A DNA stretch of 64,000 nt, from contig OZ024763.1 of NCBI GenBank assembly GCA_964016885.1, positions 12,214,001-12,278,000 on the forward strand. The letters run 5' to 3'. Origin of the DNA: Eledone cirrhosa. Its lineage: Eukaryota. Below the pieces are notes generated by a model, which was not told the DNA's origin, ran no database searches, and saw only the letters and a list, made by a program, of their open reading frames with translations. The position numbers and the translations under genes are program-made. Below, piece after piece: positions 1 to 12,664 of this stretch; the first letter of the stretch is position 1; the number at the start of each line of letters is the position of its first letter.

Positions 1-271
1 CATGTCCATACCACCTCAGTCTCCTCTCCCGTACACTACATTCTATCCCTCTCAGACACAGTTTCTCTCTCAACACATTTATGCTGGGTCGTTCACGCAC
101 ATTTACACTGCACATCCAACGGAGCATGCTTGCTTCATTTCTCTCCAGCCATCGCATATCCTCTGCAGTTGCTGCCCATGTCACACTACCATGCAGCATT
201 GCGCTCCTCACACAGGCATCATACAACCGGCCTTTCGTACGCAGGGAGAAACCCTTCTTCGTCAGCAGAGG
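1..271 (-). mobile_element. RTE-clade LINE fragment (RT C-terminal region), running off the window edge
   Basis: Minus strand reads ...KGRLYDACVRSAMLHGSVTW...RNEASMLRWMC...RERRLRWYGH, typical of the RTE-type RT C-terminus. Near-identical to 9603-9870. Confidence 0.85.
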
Positions 272-518
272 AACCAGTAGATACTCATACATATAGCAGT
301 TACATACTCACACATACAAATGTACAGCCCAGACACAACCTTAAGATTATGTGAATGCACATTTTGCAAATTAGACAGGCCATTTCAGTAAAGTTCTAGC
401 TTGTGTTTGAAAAAAATAACTAATGTTATTGATTCTCTTCAGTGGCAGAAGTGTATGATTATATTTGCTGTCTATTGAAATATTGTCGTATTGGGAATAT
501 CTCTCATAGTTTTCTGTG

Positions 519-912
519 CACACGGCTTAGTGGTTAGAGCATTGGCCTTGCAATCGAAAGGTTGTGAGTTCAATTCTCAGACCGGGTGATGTTGTTTCTT
601 TGAGCAAGACACTTTATTTCACATTGCTCCAGTTTACTCAGCTGTAGAAATGAGATGATAGAGACTGGGGTCCCTATCATTCCACTGCAAAGTGGTCGTG
701 GAGGTGCCATGGCAAAAAAGCACCCAGCACTCACTGTAAAGTGGACTTGTATACGCCACGGAAAAACAGCACCCAGCACTCACTGTAAATGAGGTTGGTG
801 TTAGGAAGGGCATCCAGCTGTAGAAATCAAGCCAGAATCAGTTCCCGTCCCACCCTTGCAAGCAGGGAAAAGCGGACGTAAAATGGTGATGATGATGAAA
901 TGAATGATGATG
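519..912 (+). mobile_element. tRNA-derived CORE-type SINE (family A) with RTE-derived 3' tail
   Basis: A-box GGCTTAGTGG, B-box GAGTTCAATTC and CORE-like TTGAGCAAGACACTTTA. The tail GCAAGCAGGGAAAAGCGGACGTAAAATG(GAT)n is shared with the RTE 3' end at 9360-9415. Multiple copies in the window. Confidence 0.85.
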
Positions 913-1232
913 ATATAGTTAAAACAAAAAACAACAATAATGAAGAGTGCAGTACAAAGTGTTAGTATTAGGTTCACGCTTGAGTGAGGGGTGGGTGTAA
1001 TAATAGTCCACAGAGCTTTTGATTCCAGATCGATCCAGATTGGACCTTGACCTGATCAACTGATCAATAGCGAAACACACGTCACCACTCAATAAACGTA
1101 ATGAAGACATAACAAATCATCCTTTTTATTATTATTATTACACTCTGCTTAGTACTACACCTCTATACTTACTGGAAACCACGGATTGAGTGGTCACTCT
1201 GGTGAACCTACAATGACTGGACATTACAATCC

Positions 1233-1293
<61 letters not shown>

Positions 1294-1395
1294 ACCCATG
1301 CTAGCGTGGAAAATGGACGTTAAACGAAGAAGATGATGAGATGATGAAAGTAACCGTTGAATGCTTCAGTATAACATTAATTTATTGCATAACGA

Positions 1396-1488
1396 GGTTG
1401 ACTTTGCCTTTCATCCTTACGGGGTCGATAAAATAAAGTACCAGTAATACACTGGGTATTTGCTGGCCTTGTGCCTAAAGTAGAAACA
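1396..1488 (+). mobile_element. 5'-truncated SINE family B with 20-bp target-site duplication
   Basis: Body GACTTTGCCTTTCATCCTTACGGGGTCGATAAAATAAAGTACC. Flanked by identical ATTAATTTATTGCATAACGA at 1376-1395 and 1489-1508. Confidence 0.85.
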
Positions 1489-1754
1489 ATTAATTTATTG
1501 CATAACGATTGTTTCTGTAACAATCCTGCTTGCAGCTGTGGTATTATGCAATGGTTTATACGCAAGGAATTGCCTAGAAAATGATAGCATATATACTGAA
1601 CTGAATTCAGAATCAATATGCCAGTCTGTTGGTGTTTGGAACATAACTTAACAAAGGTTCTTACTTAGAATTATGATGGGAGGTTTTTAGATAAATGTGA
1701 TTTGGTATGAAAAGGATTAGAATACATAATACTGTTGCATGGTTGTTGGTTTTT

Positions 1755-2025
1755 TGAAGTATGTGATGATGATGATGGTATTGGGGGTGATGGTGGTATT
1801 GGGGGTGATGGTGGTGTTTGTAATAATGATGGTGGTGGTGATAATGTTGATGATGGTGATGTTGGTGTTGATGTTAGTGTTTGTGATGATGATGATGGTG
1901 GTGATAATGTTGATGATGGTGATGAGTATGGTAATGATAATGAAAATAATGATGATAATGATGAGGATGATGGTAATGATGATGGTGATGGTGGTGATGA
2001 TGATGATGGTGGTGATGATGATGAC
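1755..2025. repeat. (GAT/GGT)n trinucleotide microsatellite
   Basis: Direct reading. Confidence 0.9.
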
Positions 2026-2065
2026 TTAATTTTCACTATTTTTTTTTTTTTTGTTTTTGTTTCAG

Positions 2066-2437
2066 TCATTCGAGTCTTTTCAGAACACAATGAAAAACTC
2101 TATCAACAAGAAACACCACCAACCCCAACTGGCGGCACAATTGCCTCCACCCCCAGCCAACCTTGTCTCGCCATCTCTTACCAGTCCTCTGGCACCGCCA
2201 CGCCCACCGTCGCCACTACAACCTCCACCACCACCGCCGCCGCCGCCACCACCTCCACCACACTGCTTGACCAATGATACCGTCGGCAACAATGAGAGTC
2301 GACCCATCTCTCCCCTGCCGTGTGGAAGGGACCGGCCTCCAGCCAAACCTTCACAGCAGGTTAAGAAGAAAGCAGAGACAGTCGTTGACGTACATATAAA
2401 TGATAATGTGAATAACAATAACAACAGCAACAACAAG
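2066..2437 (+). CDS. Probable internal coding exon (124 aa, Pro-rich, phase 0-0) of an unidentified host gene
   Basis: Long polypyrimidine tract ending TTTCAG at 2065 and consensus donor AAG|GTAAGT at 2437/2438. Length is 372 bp and only one frame is open (SFESFQNTMKNSINKK...PPRPPSPLQPPPPPP...SRPISPLPCGRDRPPAKP...NNK). GC and CpG are higher than in the flanks. Confidence 0.7.
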
Positions 2438-2456
2438 GTAAGTCATCACTTTATAT

Positions 2457-2883
2457 TAGCGGTCGCCCACCGGTCCTCAACCAGTCCCCAACCAGTCCTC
2501 AACCGGTCCTCAACCAGTCCTCAAACAGTCCCCAACTGGTCCTCAACCAGTCCCCAACCAGTCCTCAACTGGTCCTCAACCGGTCCCCAACCAGTCCCCA
2601 ACCAGTCCTCAACTGATCCCCAACCGGTCCCCAACCAGTCCTCAACTGGTCCCCAACCGGTCCTCAACTAGTCCCCAACCAGTCCTCAATCGAGCCCCAA
2701 CCGGTTGCCAACCAGTCCTCAATTGGTCGCCAACTGGTTCATAACTGGTCCTCAATTGGTCCTCAATCAGGCCCCAACCGGTTTAATGTATTCAACTTCT
2801 TAAGAAAATTCATTTTAGTGGTCCACGGGATTTTAAATTATGAACTTAGTGGTTCGTGAGGTTCGAAAGGTTGGCGACCCCTG
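2457..2883. mobile_element. hAT-type MITE with internal 11-bp minisatellite
   Basis: Imperfect TIRs TAGCGGTCGCCCACC / GGTTGGCGACCCCTG. Perfect 8-bp TSD CTTTATAT (2449-2456, 2884-2891). Internal (AACCAGTCCYC)n. Confidence 0.8.
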
Positions 2884-3136
2884 CTTTATATGATATACTC
2901 TTGTAAACATATGTGGCCTAGTGGTTAGGGTGTTGAAGTCACAGTCATAAGGTTGTGAGTTTAATTCCTGGACAAGGCCTTACATTGTCTTCTCGTTTCA
3001 TTTCATGATGGGAGTGGGGGGTGAGGGATGGGGTTTGGGGACTGTTATAAATAACATCCTGTACCACATGAAGCCACATTAACAAGACATTCTTCAAAAA
3101 TATAAAACAATACTGTCTGGATCACATTAAATATTA

Positions 3137-3313
3137 GATTGGCAGTATCGGTAGAGGGTCGGACGCCATGCTTTCTAGCATAGTTACGTCCCTTTACAGT
3201 CTGAGTTCAAATCCCGCCGAGGTTAACTTTGCCTTTCATCCTTACGGGGTCGATAAAATAAAGTACCAGTAATGTACTGGGTAATTGCTGGCCTTGTGCC
3301 TAAAGTAGAAACA
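3137..3313 (+). mobile_element. SINE family B (tRNA-like head, Meta-like central domain)
   Basis: A-box TGGCAGTATCGG, B-box GAGTTCAAATCC. TSD ATTAAATATTA at 3126-3136 and 3314-3324. Confidence 0.85.
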
Positions 3314-3412
3314 ATTAAATATTAACGGATTTACTTTAGTCCTACAAATTTTCACAACAGTCTGTCCACTAGTAAAGATACTATAAACATTTCAATTAAC
3401 AAATTTCATTAA

Positions 3413-4058
3413 CCCTTTAGCATTCACATTACTCTATATATACTATCATATTTTCATGGTATAGGCTTTACTTCACATAATTATCTCACATAATATCGAA
3501 TCTATGAGATTTTTAAAGTATTTATTTTGAGAACAATACCTTAACATCAGTTTGAACAGAATTTTCTAGGGCGGGTAAAATTCCCGAGATCCATGGATGA
3601 GTTCTCTTCAGCGGTCTCTGTCCCTCATTATCGCTGCCATGTCCTGCATCTCCAACAGACTAGTGTCTGTCCTTAGGGCATCAACATACATTAACCTTGA
3701 TCTTCCTCTTCCAGTGTGTCCATGTAGGGGCTCTCACAGGAGCACTGAGTGCAGTGTCAACTCTGGATGTCGGTGAGCATGTCCAGCTAACCTCAGTCTC
3801 CTCTGTGTCACTTTTGAGCTGACTTTTGGGAGGCTCCCATACAGCTCTGAGTTTTTCATCCTCAGTGTATACTGATTAATGTTCAGAGCCATCCTCAGCA
3901 TTCTCGTGTAGAACCCATCCACCATCTGAGTGAGTTTCTTGGTCAGTGTCCAAGTCTCAGACCCGTACAGCAGCACAGACTCAAGTCTCAGACCCGTGCA
4001 TCAGCACAGACTCAACAGAATGAGGTAGAGAATTCTGGCCGTTTTGAACATTAAAGGG
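3413..4058. mobile_element. piggyBac-like MITE interrupted by a LINE fragment
   Basis: Termini TTAA|CCCTTTAG ... TAAAGGG|TTAA. Body homologous to 20190-20883. Confidence 0.7.
3563..4013 (-). mobile_element. 5'-truncated RTE-like LINE 3' end (pseudogene)
   Basis: Reads LLYGSETWTLTKK...RMLRMALN...RRLRLAGHAHRH, then an in-frame stop. TSD AACAGAAT at 3555-3562 and 4014-4021. Same family as 56995-57512. Confidence 0.85.
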
Positions 4059-4554
4059 TTAACAAGTCCTTCTTGAAAAGTACTAGACTATCATAGTGCT
4101 ATTTTGTACTTTTTAAGAACATCTTGCTAAGGTGGTTTGTTATTTCAAATGTTTATAGTATCTTTACTAGTGGACAGATTATTGTGAAATTATGTAGTAT
4201 TAGAGTAAAGACTTTAATATTTAATATGATACAGTTATAGTGCTGTTTTGTAATTTTCATTTCAAGACTGTTATGTGGTGTCATGTGGTTTGTTAATTCA
4301 AATGTTTATAGTAACTTTACCAGTGGACAGATTGTTGTGAACAGTTGTAGTATTAGAGTGAAATTTGCAGTATTAAAGTAAATGTTTAATTTAATACATA
4401 GTATATTTTCACTCTCCAAAACAATCCTTGCTATTTTCTATGTTTTCTTTTTCAATGAAGGACCAGCATCTGAAACAAGAAGACTTTTGTGTTACTTTCT
4501 TTTAAGTGTTAAACTAATATGATGTTATTGTATGTTTCTCTGGTACTGGTTTCT

Positions 4555-4722
4555 TATATATATACATCATATATGTGTGTTTGCGTATGCATACATATAT
4601 GTATATGTATGTATATATAAATGTATATGTATGTATATATGTATATGTATATGTATGTATATATATATGTACATGTATGTATATATATATTTATATGTGT
4701 AGGTGTGTGTGTCTGTATATAT

Positions 4723-4797
<75 letters not shown>

Positions 4798-4870
4798 AAT
4801 ATATATATATATATATGATATATATGTTTGTGTGTTTGTATAAACGCAATTAAAACTATACATGTGTGTC
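4555..4870. repeat. (TA)n/(TATG)n microsatellite, representative of many such tracts in the window
   Basis: Direct reading. Confidence 0.9.
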
Positions 4871-5081
4871 TATGATAATCTGAAGCTTGAAATAACAAAC
4901 AGCCAAGTCCCCTGATAGGGGATCAAACCATGACATTTGTTGTGGGGAGGGCCAACATTATCCCCTTGAGGGACATACCCAAATTTAAGGGGGTAATTAA
5001 GCATGTAAAAATGTGTTTTCCTCTGCTGTAGGAAGTAAAGTGTCTCACTAGGGACCACATCATATGATTGAGAAACATACC

Positions 5082-6210
5082 CATGTCTTGCCTGGAGTAC
5101 TGCAACCTGGCCTTTCTTGGTCCTAGAAATAGCAGCTAAGTCTTCATAAACAACATCACCCATGTCTTGCCTGGAGTACTGCAACCTGGCTTTTCTTGGT
5201 CCTAGAAATAGCAGCTAAGTCTACATAAACAACATCACTCATGTCTTGCCTGGAGTACTGCAACCTGGCTTTTCTTGGTCCTAGAAATAGCAGCTAAGTC
5301 TACATAAACAACATCACTCATGTCTTGCCTGGAGTACTGCAACCTGGCTTTTCTTGGTCCTAGAAATAGCAGCTAAGTCTACATAAACAACATCACTCAT
5401 GTCTTGCCTGGAGTACTGCAACCTGGCTTTTCTTGGTCCTAGAAATAGCAGCTAAGTCTACATAAACAACATCACTCATGTCTTGCCTGGAGTACTGCAA
5501 CCTGGCTTTTCTTGGTCCTAGAAATAGCAGCTAAGTCTACATAAACAACATCACCCATGTCTTGCCTGGAGTACTGCAACCTGGCTTTTCTTGGTCCTAG
5601 AAATAGCAGCTAAGTCTACATAAACAACATCACTCATGTCTTGCCTGGAGTACTGCAACCTGGCTTTTCTTGGTCCTAGAAATAGCAGCTAAGTCTACAT
5701 AAACAACATCACTCATGTCTTGCCTGGAGTACTGCAACCTGGCTTTTCTTGGTCCTAGAAATAGCAGCTAAGTCTACATAAACAACATCACTCATGTCTT
5801 GCCTGGAGTACTGCAACCTGGCTTTTCTTGGTCCTAGAAATAGCAGCTAAGTCTACATAAACAACATCACTCATGTCTTGCCTGGAGTACTGCAACCTGG
5901 CTTTTCTTGGTCCTAGAAATAGCAGCTAAGTCTACATAAACAACATCACTCATGTCTTGCCTGGAGAGCCTCAACCTGGCTTTTCTTGGTCCTAGAAATA
6001 GCAGCTAAGTCTACATAAACAACATCACTCATGTCTTGCCTGGAGAGCCTCAACCTGGCTTTTCTTGGTCCTAGAAATAGCAGCTAAGTCTACATAAACA
6101 ACATCACTCATGTCTTGCCTGGAGAGCCTCAACCTGGCTTTTCTTGGTCCTAGAAATAGCAGCTAAGTCTTCATAAACAACATCACCCATGTCTTGCTTG
6201 GAGAGCCTCC
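5082..6210. repeat. 79-bp minisatellite, about 14 highly homogeneous copies
   Basis: Unit CATGTCTTGCCTGGAGTACTGCAACCTGGCTTTTCTTGGTCCTAGAAATAGCAGCTAAGTCTACATAAACAACATCACT, starting at 5082, 5161, 5240 and onward. Confidence 0.95.
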
Positions 6211-6635
6211 ACCATCACCACCACCACCGTTATCATCACTGCCACCACTTTCATCATCACCACCACCACCACCACGGTCATCATCACTACCACCACCATG
6301 ACCACCTACAAACCTTACTATCTCTCTTTACACATACATCCCCTCTCTTCCTCCTACCCTACCCCCCACACTTCCCCCTCCACTCACACTCCCCACTTTC
6401 TCTAATGATTCTTTCAGTTGATTACTCGTTAACTAATGAGATTTTTTCCTTTCTCTCCTTAGATCTTTGCTTGGGGTGGGGTGAAGGGGGCAGTTGGAGG
6501 GGCTGGAGTGTTATTTATCTATTACCCCCCTCCCCCTTTATTGACAGTATAGTAGTTGTTGTTGTTGTTGTTGTTTTCTTTCATCTCATTTCATGAAACA
6601 TTAAAATCATTATCACATGTTTACATAAGGAAATT

Positions 6636-6926
6636 GTAACAACAACAACAGTAACAACAACAGTAACAACAACAACAGTAACAACAGTAACAACAACAAC
6701 AGTAACAACAACAGTAACAACAACAACAACAATAACAACAACAACAACACCAGTAACAACAACAGTAACAACAGTAACAACAACAACAGTAACAACAACA
6801 ACAATAACAACAACAACAACACCAGTAACAACAACAATAACAACAACAATAACAACAACAGTAACAACAGTAACATCAACAACAACAACAACAACAGTAA
6901 CAACAACAACAGTAACAACAACAACA
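6636..6926. repeat. (AAC/AGT)n microsatellite
   Basis: Direct reading. Confidence 0.9.
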
Positions 6927-7325
6927 ATTTCTAGTATAGGCACAAGGCCAGTAATTTGTGGGGAGGGGGAAGTCAATTAAAACGACACCAGTGCATGACT
7001 GGTACTTTATTTTATTGACCCCGGTAAGGAAGAAAGGCAATTTGAACTCCGACCGTAAAGGGCCGTGACTCTATGCTGCAAAGCATGGTGTCTGACGCTC
7101 TACCAATACTGCCAGTCCACCGTCCTGACAAGGATAATAGAAATAATTGTTTCTACTTTAGGCACAAGGCCAGCAAATACCCTCCTCAGTGTATTACTGG
7201 TACTTTATTTTATCAACTCCATAAGGATGAAAGGCAGGGATTTGAACTCTGAACATAAAGGGCCGTAACTCTATGCTGCAAAGCATGGTGTCTGACCCTC
7301 TACCGATACTGCCAATCCACCACCT
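6926..7325 (-). mobile_element. Two tandem SINE family B copies
   Basis: Reverse complement of the family B consensus twice (about 6926-7122 and 7146-7325). Confidence 0.8.
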
Positions 7326-7994
7326 ATAATAATAATATGGTGATGATGGTGATGGTGGAGGTGGGGGTGATGGTGGGGGTGATGGTGATGGTGGGGTTGA
7401 TGGTGACGACGGTGGTGATGATGGTGACAGTGGGGGTGATGGTGGAGGTGGGGGTGATGGTGGTGGTGGGGGTGACATCAATAATAACAACAAACAATAC
7501 AAGAAAAATAAATATGAAAACAGCACAAATAGAAACCTGACATAACAATATTAATGACTATAATAATAATAATAACAATAACAATAACAATAATAATAAC
7601 AATAATGGTGGTGGTAGTGGGGGAGGAGTAGAAAAGAAGAAGAAAGAGACGAAGACAAAGAAAGGAGAATTCCTTTTGTCTATTAAAGTGTTGTGAAGCG
7701 TTTAAAATGTAAATCAATATATAGGTGGATATTTAGTACAAATCTATAGATATAGAGACTTATTGTTCCTGATGGACTGTCTTGTGTTACAGCCCCATAC
7801 CACACACCACACACACACCACACCCCACACACACCACACACACCACACACACGTATATATATATATACACACACACTCTCACACCCAGACACATGTATAT
7901 ACACTCACTCACACCCACACGTATATATACACACACTCACGCACATATATATACACACACACATATACATATACACACTCACACACACACACAT

Positions 7995-8028
<34 letters not shown>

Positions 8029-8083
8029 CTCACACACATTCATTATCATCATCTTTTAATGCCTATTTTTCCAAGCTTGCATG

Positions 8084-8120
<37 letters not shown>

Positions 8121-8231
8121 ATGTGTGTGTGTATGTAAAAAGGTAAACAGAAATAACAAAATTAACAAAACAAATGGCACAGTACATGGAAGAAATATAT
8201 TAGTTTAACGCTTGAAATAGCAGGAAGAGAG

Positions 8232-8268
8232 TCTTAACGTTTCGGATACTAGTCCTTCATCAGAAGAT
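8232..8268 (-). ncRNA. Minimal type I hammerhead ribozyme motif (Penelope-like)
   Basis: Minus strand: TCTT CTGATGA AGGA-ctagta-TCC GAAACGTT AAGA. Stem I TCTT/AAGA, palindromic minimal stem III. Confidence 0.6.
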
Positions 8269-8382
8269 AGTTAGAAATAGAAGATAAATAGAAAGTGAAG
8301 GGTGATGAGAGGAAGGAACGGGGAAAATGAGAAAAATGGGGAGGAAAAAACATGTGTATTCAGTTGCCCATATATATATAAT

Positions 8383-8610
8383 GGAGGCACATGGCTTAGT
8401 GGTTAGAGCATTGGGCTTGCAGTCGAAAGGTTGTGAGTTCAATTCTCAGACCGGGTGATGTGTTGTTTCCTTGAGCAAGACACTTTATTTCACATTGCTC
8501 CAGTTTACTCAGCTGTAGAAATGAGATGATAGGGACTGGGGTCCCTATCATTCCACTGTAAAGTGGTTGCGGAGGTGCCACAGTAAAAAAAAAGCACCCA
8601 GCCTACACTG
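8383..8610 (+). mobile_element. SINE family A, 3'-truncated
   Basis: GGAGGCACATGGCTTAGTGGTTAGAGC head plus CORE-like segment, as at 519-912. Confidence 0.8.
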
Positions 8611-8724
8611 TCTGTGAGCAGGGTATGGTGTGGCCAACTGGCCAGAGCCTCCTCATAATGGTGTCACCCTGGGCTTCTCTATGAGTAAGGCTTGGGGTGG
8701 CCAACTGGCTAGACCTCATGATGG

Positions 8725-9255
8725 GACCACCACCAATGCCACCTACCTCACCACCAGGCCTGATACCAACTACCTCACCACCACCAGCCTCACTACCACC
8801 ATACCACCACCAGCCCCACTACCACCATACCACCACCAGCCCCACTACCACCATACCACCACCAGCCCCACTACCATCATACCACCACCAGCCTCACTAC
8901 CACCATACCACCACCAGCCCCACTACCACCAATACCACCATACCACCACCAGCCCCACTACCACCATACCACCACCAGCCCCACTACCACCACACCACCA
9001 CCAGCCCCACAACCACCATACTACCACCAGCCCCACTACCACCACCAATACCACCACCACCATACCACCACCAGCCCCACTACCACCAATACCACCATAC
9101 CACCACCACCAATACCACCATACCACCACCAGCCCCATTACCACCTTACCACCACCAACCCCACTACCATACCACCAATACCACCATACCAATATACTAC
9201 CACCAGTCCCACTACCATACCACCACCAGCCCCACCACCACCATACCACTCACAC
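8725..9255. repeat. (ACC)n-derived degenerate minisatellite
   Basis: Repeated CACTACCACCATACCACCACCAGCCC. Confidence 0.85.
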
Positions 9256-9357
9256 CAGACAAGGTGTCTCTCCAGTTGTACTTGTTTATTAAAAAGATCA
9301 ACATCCTTTCATTCTTGATCACTCATTAAATATATATACATTATAACATTATATATA

Positions 9358-9990
9358 TCATCATCATCATCATCATTTTATGTCCGCTTTTCCCTGCTTG
9401 CAAGGGTGGGACGGGTCTTATTCAGCACAGCATCTCTCCACTTGTCATGGTCCTTCGTCATCTCCACCGTGAGCTTCAGCGATCTGAGGTCTGTTCTCAC
9501 CACCTCCGCCCATGTTTTTCCTGGTCTACCTCTACAACGTCTTCCTTCAACTGGCATTTCCTGACACTTCTTCACCCATCGGTCATCCTCCATGCGCATC
9601 ACATGTCCATACCACCGCAGTCTCCTCTCTCACACACTACATTCTATCCCTCTCAGACACAGTTTCTCTCTCAACACATCCATGCTGGGTCGTTCACGCA
9701 CATTGACATTGCACATCCAATGGAGCATGCTTGCCTCATTTCTCTCCAGCCGTCATATATCCTCTGCAGTTGCTGCCCATGTCTCACTACCATGCAGCAT
9801 CGCGCTTCTCACACAGACATCATATAACCGGCCTTTCGTACGCAGGGAGAAATCCTTCTTCGTCAGCAGATGAAGCAGCTCCTTAAACTTCTTCCAACCC
9901 GTCCTTATTCTAGATACTATGGCCTCAGAACAACCCCCCTCCCATGCTAATCTGATCTCCTAGGTACCGGAAGCTATCCACCATTTCTAT
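9358..9990 (-). mobile_element. RTE-clade LINE 3' fragment with (GAT)n tail
   Basis: Reads ...LRWYGHVMRMEDDRWVKKCQEMPVEGRRCRGRPGKTWAEVV... and ends in GCAAGCAGGGAAAAGCGGACATAAAATG(ATG)n. Confidence 0.85.
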
Positions 9991-10001
9991 ATATATATAT
10001 A

Positions 10002-10111
10002 TAGGAAAAAGTATGACCTCGACGGCAGAGCTCAAGCCGTTTTGACGGCTATTTCTGGACTCAGTACTCTGGTGCGCTATGGTCCATCTGGTTCCTTACC
10101 ACAATTCCTTC

Positions 10112-10112
<1 letters not shown>
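10002..10112. mobile_element. Family C hammerhead-derived element (internally deleted copy) in (TA)n
   Basis: AGGAAAAAGTATGACCTCGACGGCAGAGCTCAAGCCG... joined to ...GGTTCCTTACCACAATTCCTT. Homologous to 29997-30200. Confidence 0.7.
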
Positions 10113-10182
<70 letters not shown>

Positions 10183-10253
10183 GTGAGTGTATATACGTAT
10201 ATATATACACACACACATACAGAGTCAATCAGTCATATACATACATGTGTATG

Positions 10254-10289
<36 letters not shown>

Positions 10290-10318
10290 TACTTACAGTC
10301 AATCAGTCATATACATAC

Positions 10319-10356
<38 letters not shown>

Positions 10357-10759
10357 GTGTGTGTGTATATATACAGACATGTATATACAAGTAATAAAAT
10401 GAAAGAACATCTCTAGAGAACAATACATTACAATAGCAGTATGTTACTTTATTGCTTAATAGCAATAAGTCTTATGTATATATAATATATATTCACACTT
10501 ACACAGCACATACATACATACATACATATATATATATACACACACACACATGCACATCATACAACATATATATACACACATGTACAGCATACACACACAC
10601 ACATATATATATACATGCACAGCACACACACATATATACACACGTGTGTATGTGAGTGTATATATTATTTAGTGTTGTCAATAAATCAATATGAAGGTCT
10701 ATCAGTTGGCGTTTGGCTGCGGTTTTATGTTGTAACACTTTTATAAACAGCTCAGTGTC

Positions 10760-11910
10760 GCCTCACCCACACTGCTGCACCTCACCACCATAACCTCCAC
10801 CACACCACACCACCATAACCACGCCACACCCACACTGCTGCACCTCGCCACACCACCATAACCACGCCACACCCACACTGCTGCACCTCACCTCACCACC
10901 ATAACCTCCACCACACCACACCACCATAACCACGCCACACCCACACTGCTGCACCTCACCTCACCACCATAACCTCCACCACACCACACCACCATAACCT
11001 CCCCACCACCACGCCACCAGCTACATCACCACCACCACCAGCTACATCACAACCTCCACCACCACACCACCACCACCAACACCACGACACCACCACCACC
11101 ACCACCACCACACCTCCACCACCACCACACCACCACCACACCACCACCACCACCACCACCACCACACCTCCACCACCACCACACCACCACCACACCACCA
11201 CCACTACCACGCCACCAGCTACATCACCACCACCACCAGCTACATCACAACCTCCACCACCACACCACCACCACCACACCACCACCACCACGCCACCAGC
11301 TACATCACAACCTCCACCACCACACCACCACCACCAACACCACGACACCACCACCACCACCACGCCACCAGCTACATCACAACCTCCACCACCACACCAC
11401 CAACACCACGACACCACCACCACCACCACACCACCACCACCACCACCACCACGCCACCAGCTACATCACAACCTCCACCACCACACCACCTCCACCACAC
11501 CACCACACCACAACACCACCACCACCACCACCACGCCACCAGCTACATCACAACCTCCACCACCACAACACCACCAACACCACAACACCACCACCACCAC
11601 CACACCACCACCACACCACCACCACCACCACCACACCACCAGCTACATCACAACCTCCACCACCACACCACCACACCACCTCCACCACACCACCACACCA
11701 CCACACCACCACCACACCACCACCAACAACACCACCACCACCACCACGCCACCAGCTACATCACAACCTCCACCACCACACCACCACCACACCACCACAC
11801 CACCACACCACCTCCACACCACCACCACACCACCACACCACCACACCACCACCACACCACCACACCACCTCCACCACACCACCACCACCACCACCAACAC
11901 CAGCTACATC
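10760..11910. repeat. (CAC)n-derived compound minisatellite
   Basis: Direct reading. Confidence 0.85.
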
Positions 11911-12292
11911 ATTAATGACTTGTAGCCAGCCACCGTGGGGTGAACCAGTACAATATTTAGTGTCCCATTATCTCCCTTGTCTCCCATATCAATATTACCT
12001 TCCATACAAAACCTTGTTTCACAACTTTTCTCTCTTTACTTTCTCTTCTTTCCCCACTTTACTTTTTATTCCTTTATTCTAATAATCTATTAATCTATTA
12101 TTCTTTCAAAGTCTTTTATTGTTATTTTATTGTTCTATTATGTTCTTTTATTCTTTCACTGGTTTTAACTGGCATTGATCTGCTGGCCATACTGAGCACC
12201 CCTCGACCTTGTTGAAGCGATTTTTTTTTAATCGATTATATTGGACATAAGTACAAACATATACATACATACATATATATATACATACATAT

Positions 12293-12334
<42 letters not shown>

Positions 12335-12336
<2 letters not shown>

Positions 12337-12655
12337 CATCAGAATCATTTAATGTCCACTTTCCACGCTTGAATGGGTTAGACTGGTTGTCTCATTTGAA
12401 GTCAGGTGACCGTGTCCTGCTCATATGAAACTGTTTCTGGCAGGGTTTCTACAGCTGGATGCCCTTCCTAACACCAACCACATTTACAGTGTGGGCTGGG
12501 TGCTTTTTGTTGTGATACCTACACGACTACCTTATAGTGTGGACTGGGTGCTTCTTGTTGTGACACCTACACAACCACTTTACGGTGTAGACTGGGTTTT
12601 TTTTTTGTCGTGACACACATATACATGACCACTTTAAGTGTGGGTTGGGTGCTTT
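12335..12655 (-). mobile_element. SINE A-related 3' portion with internal short tandem duplications
   Basis: CTACAGCTGGATGCCCTTCCTAACACCAAC and an RTE-type tail. Related pieces at 30645-30905 (-) and 50050-50318 (+). Confidence 0.7.
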
Positions 12656-12664
12656 TTATCATAT

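Noticed and set aside
519-585. tRNA-like sequences with A and B boxes (also at 8383, 33825 and 49670)
   Set aside because: They run straight into SINE bodies and lack a complete acceptor stem. These are SINE heads, not tRNA genes.
1735-2277. Alternative reading frame across the exon
   Set aside because: Stops at 2277, before the donor site, and its upstream part is microsatellite.
8630-9329. Pro/His/Thr-rich ORFs of 210-220 aa
   Set aside because: Derived from (ACC)n repeats, open in several frames, with non-ATG starts and no splice support.
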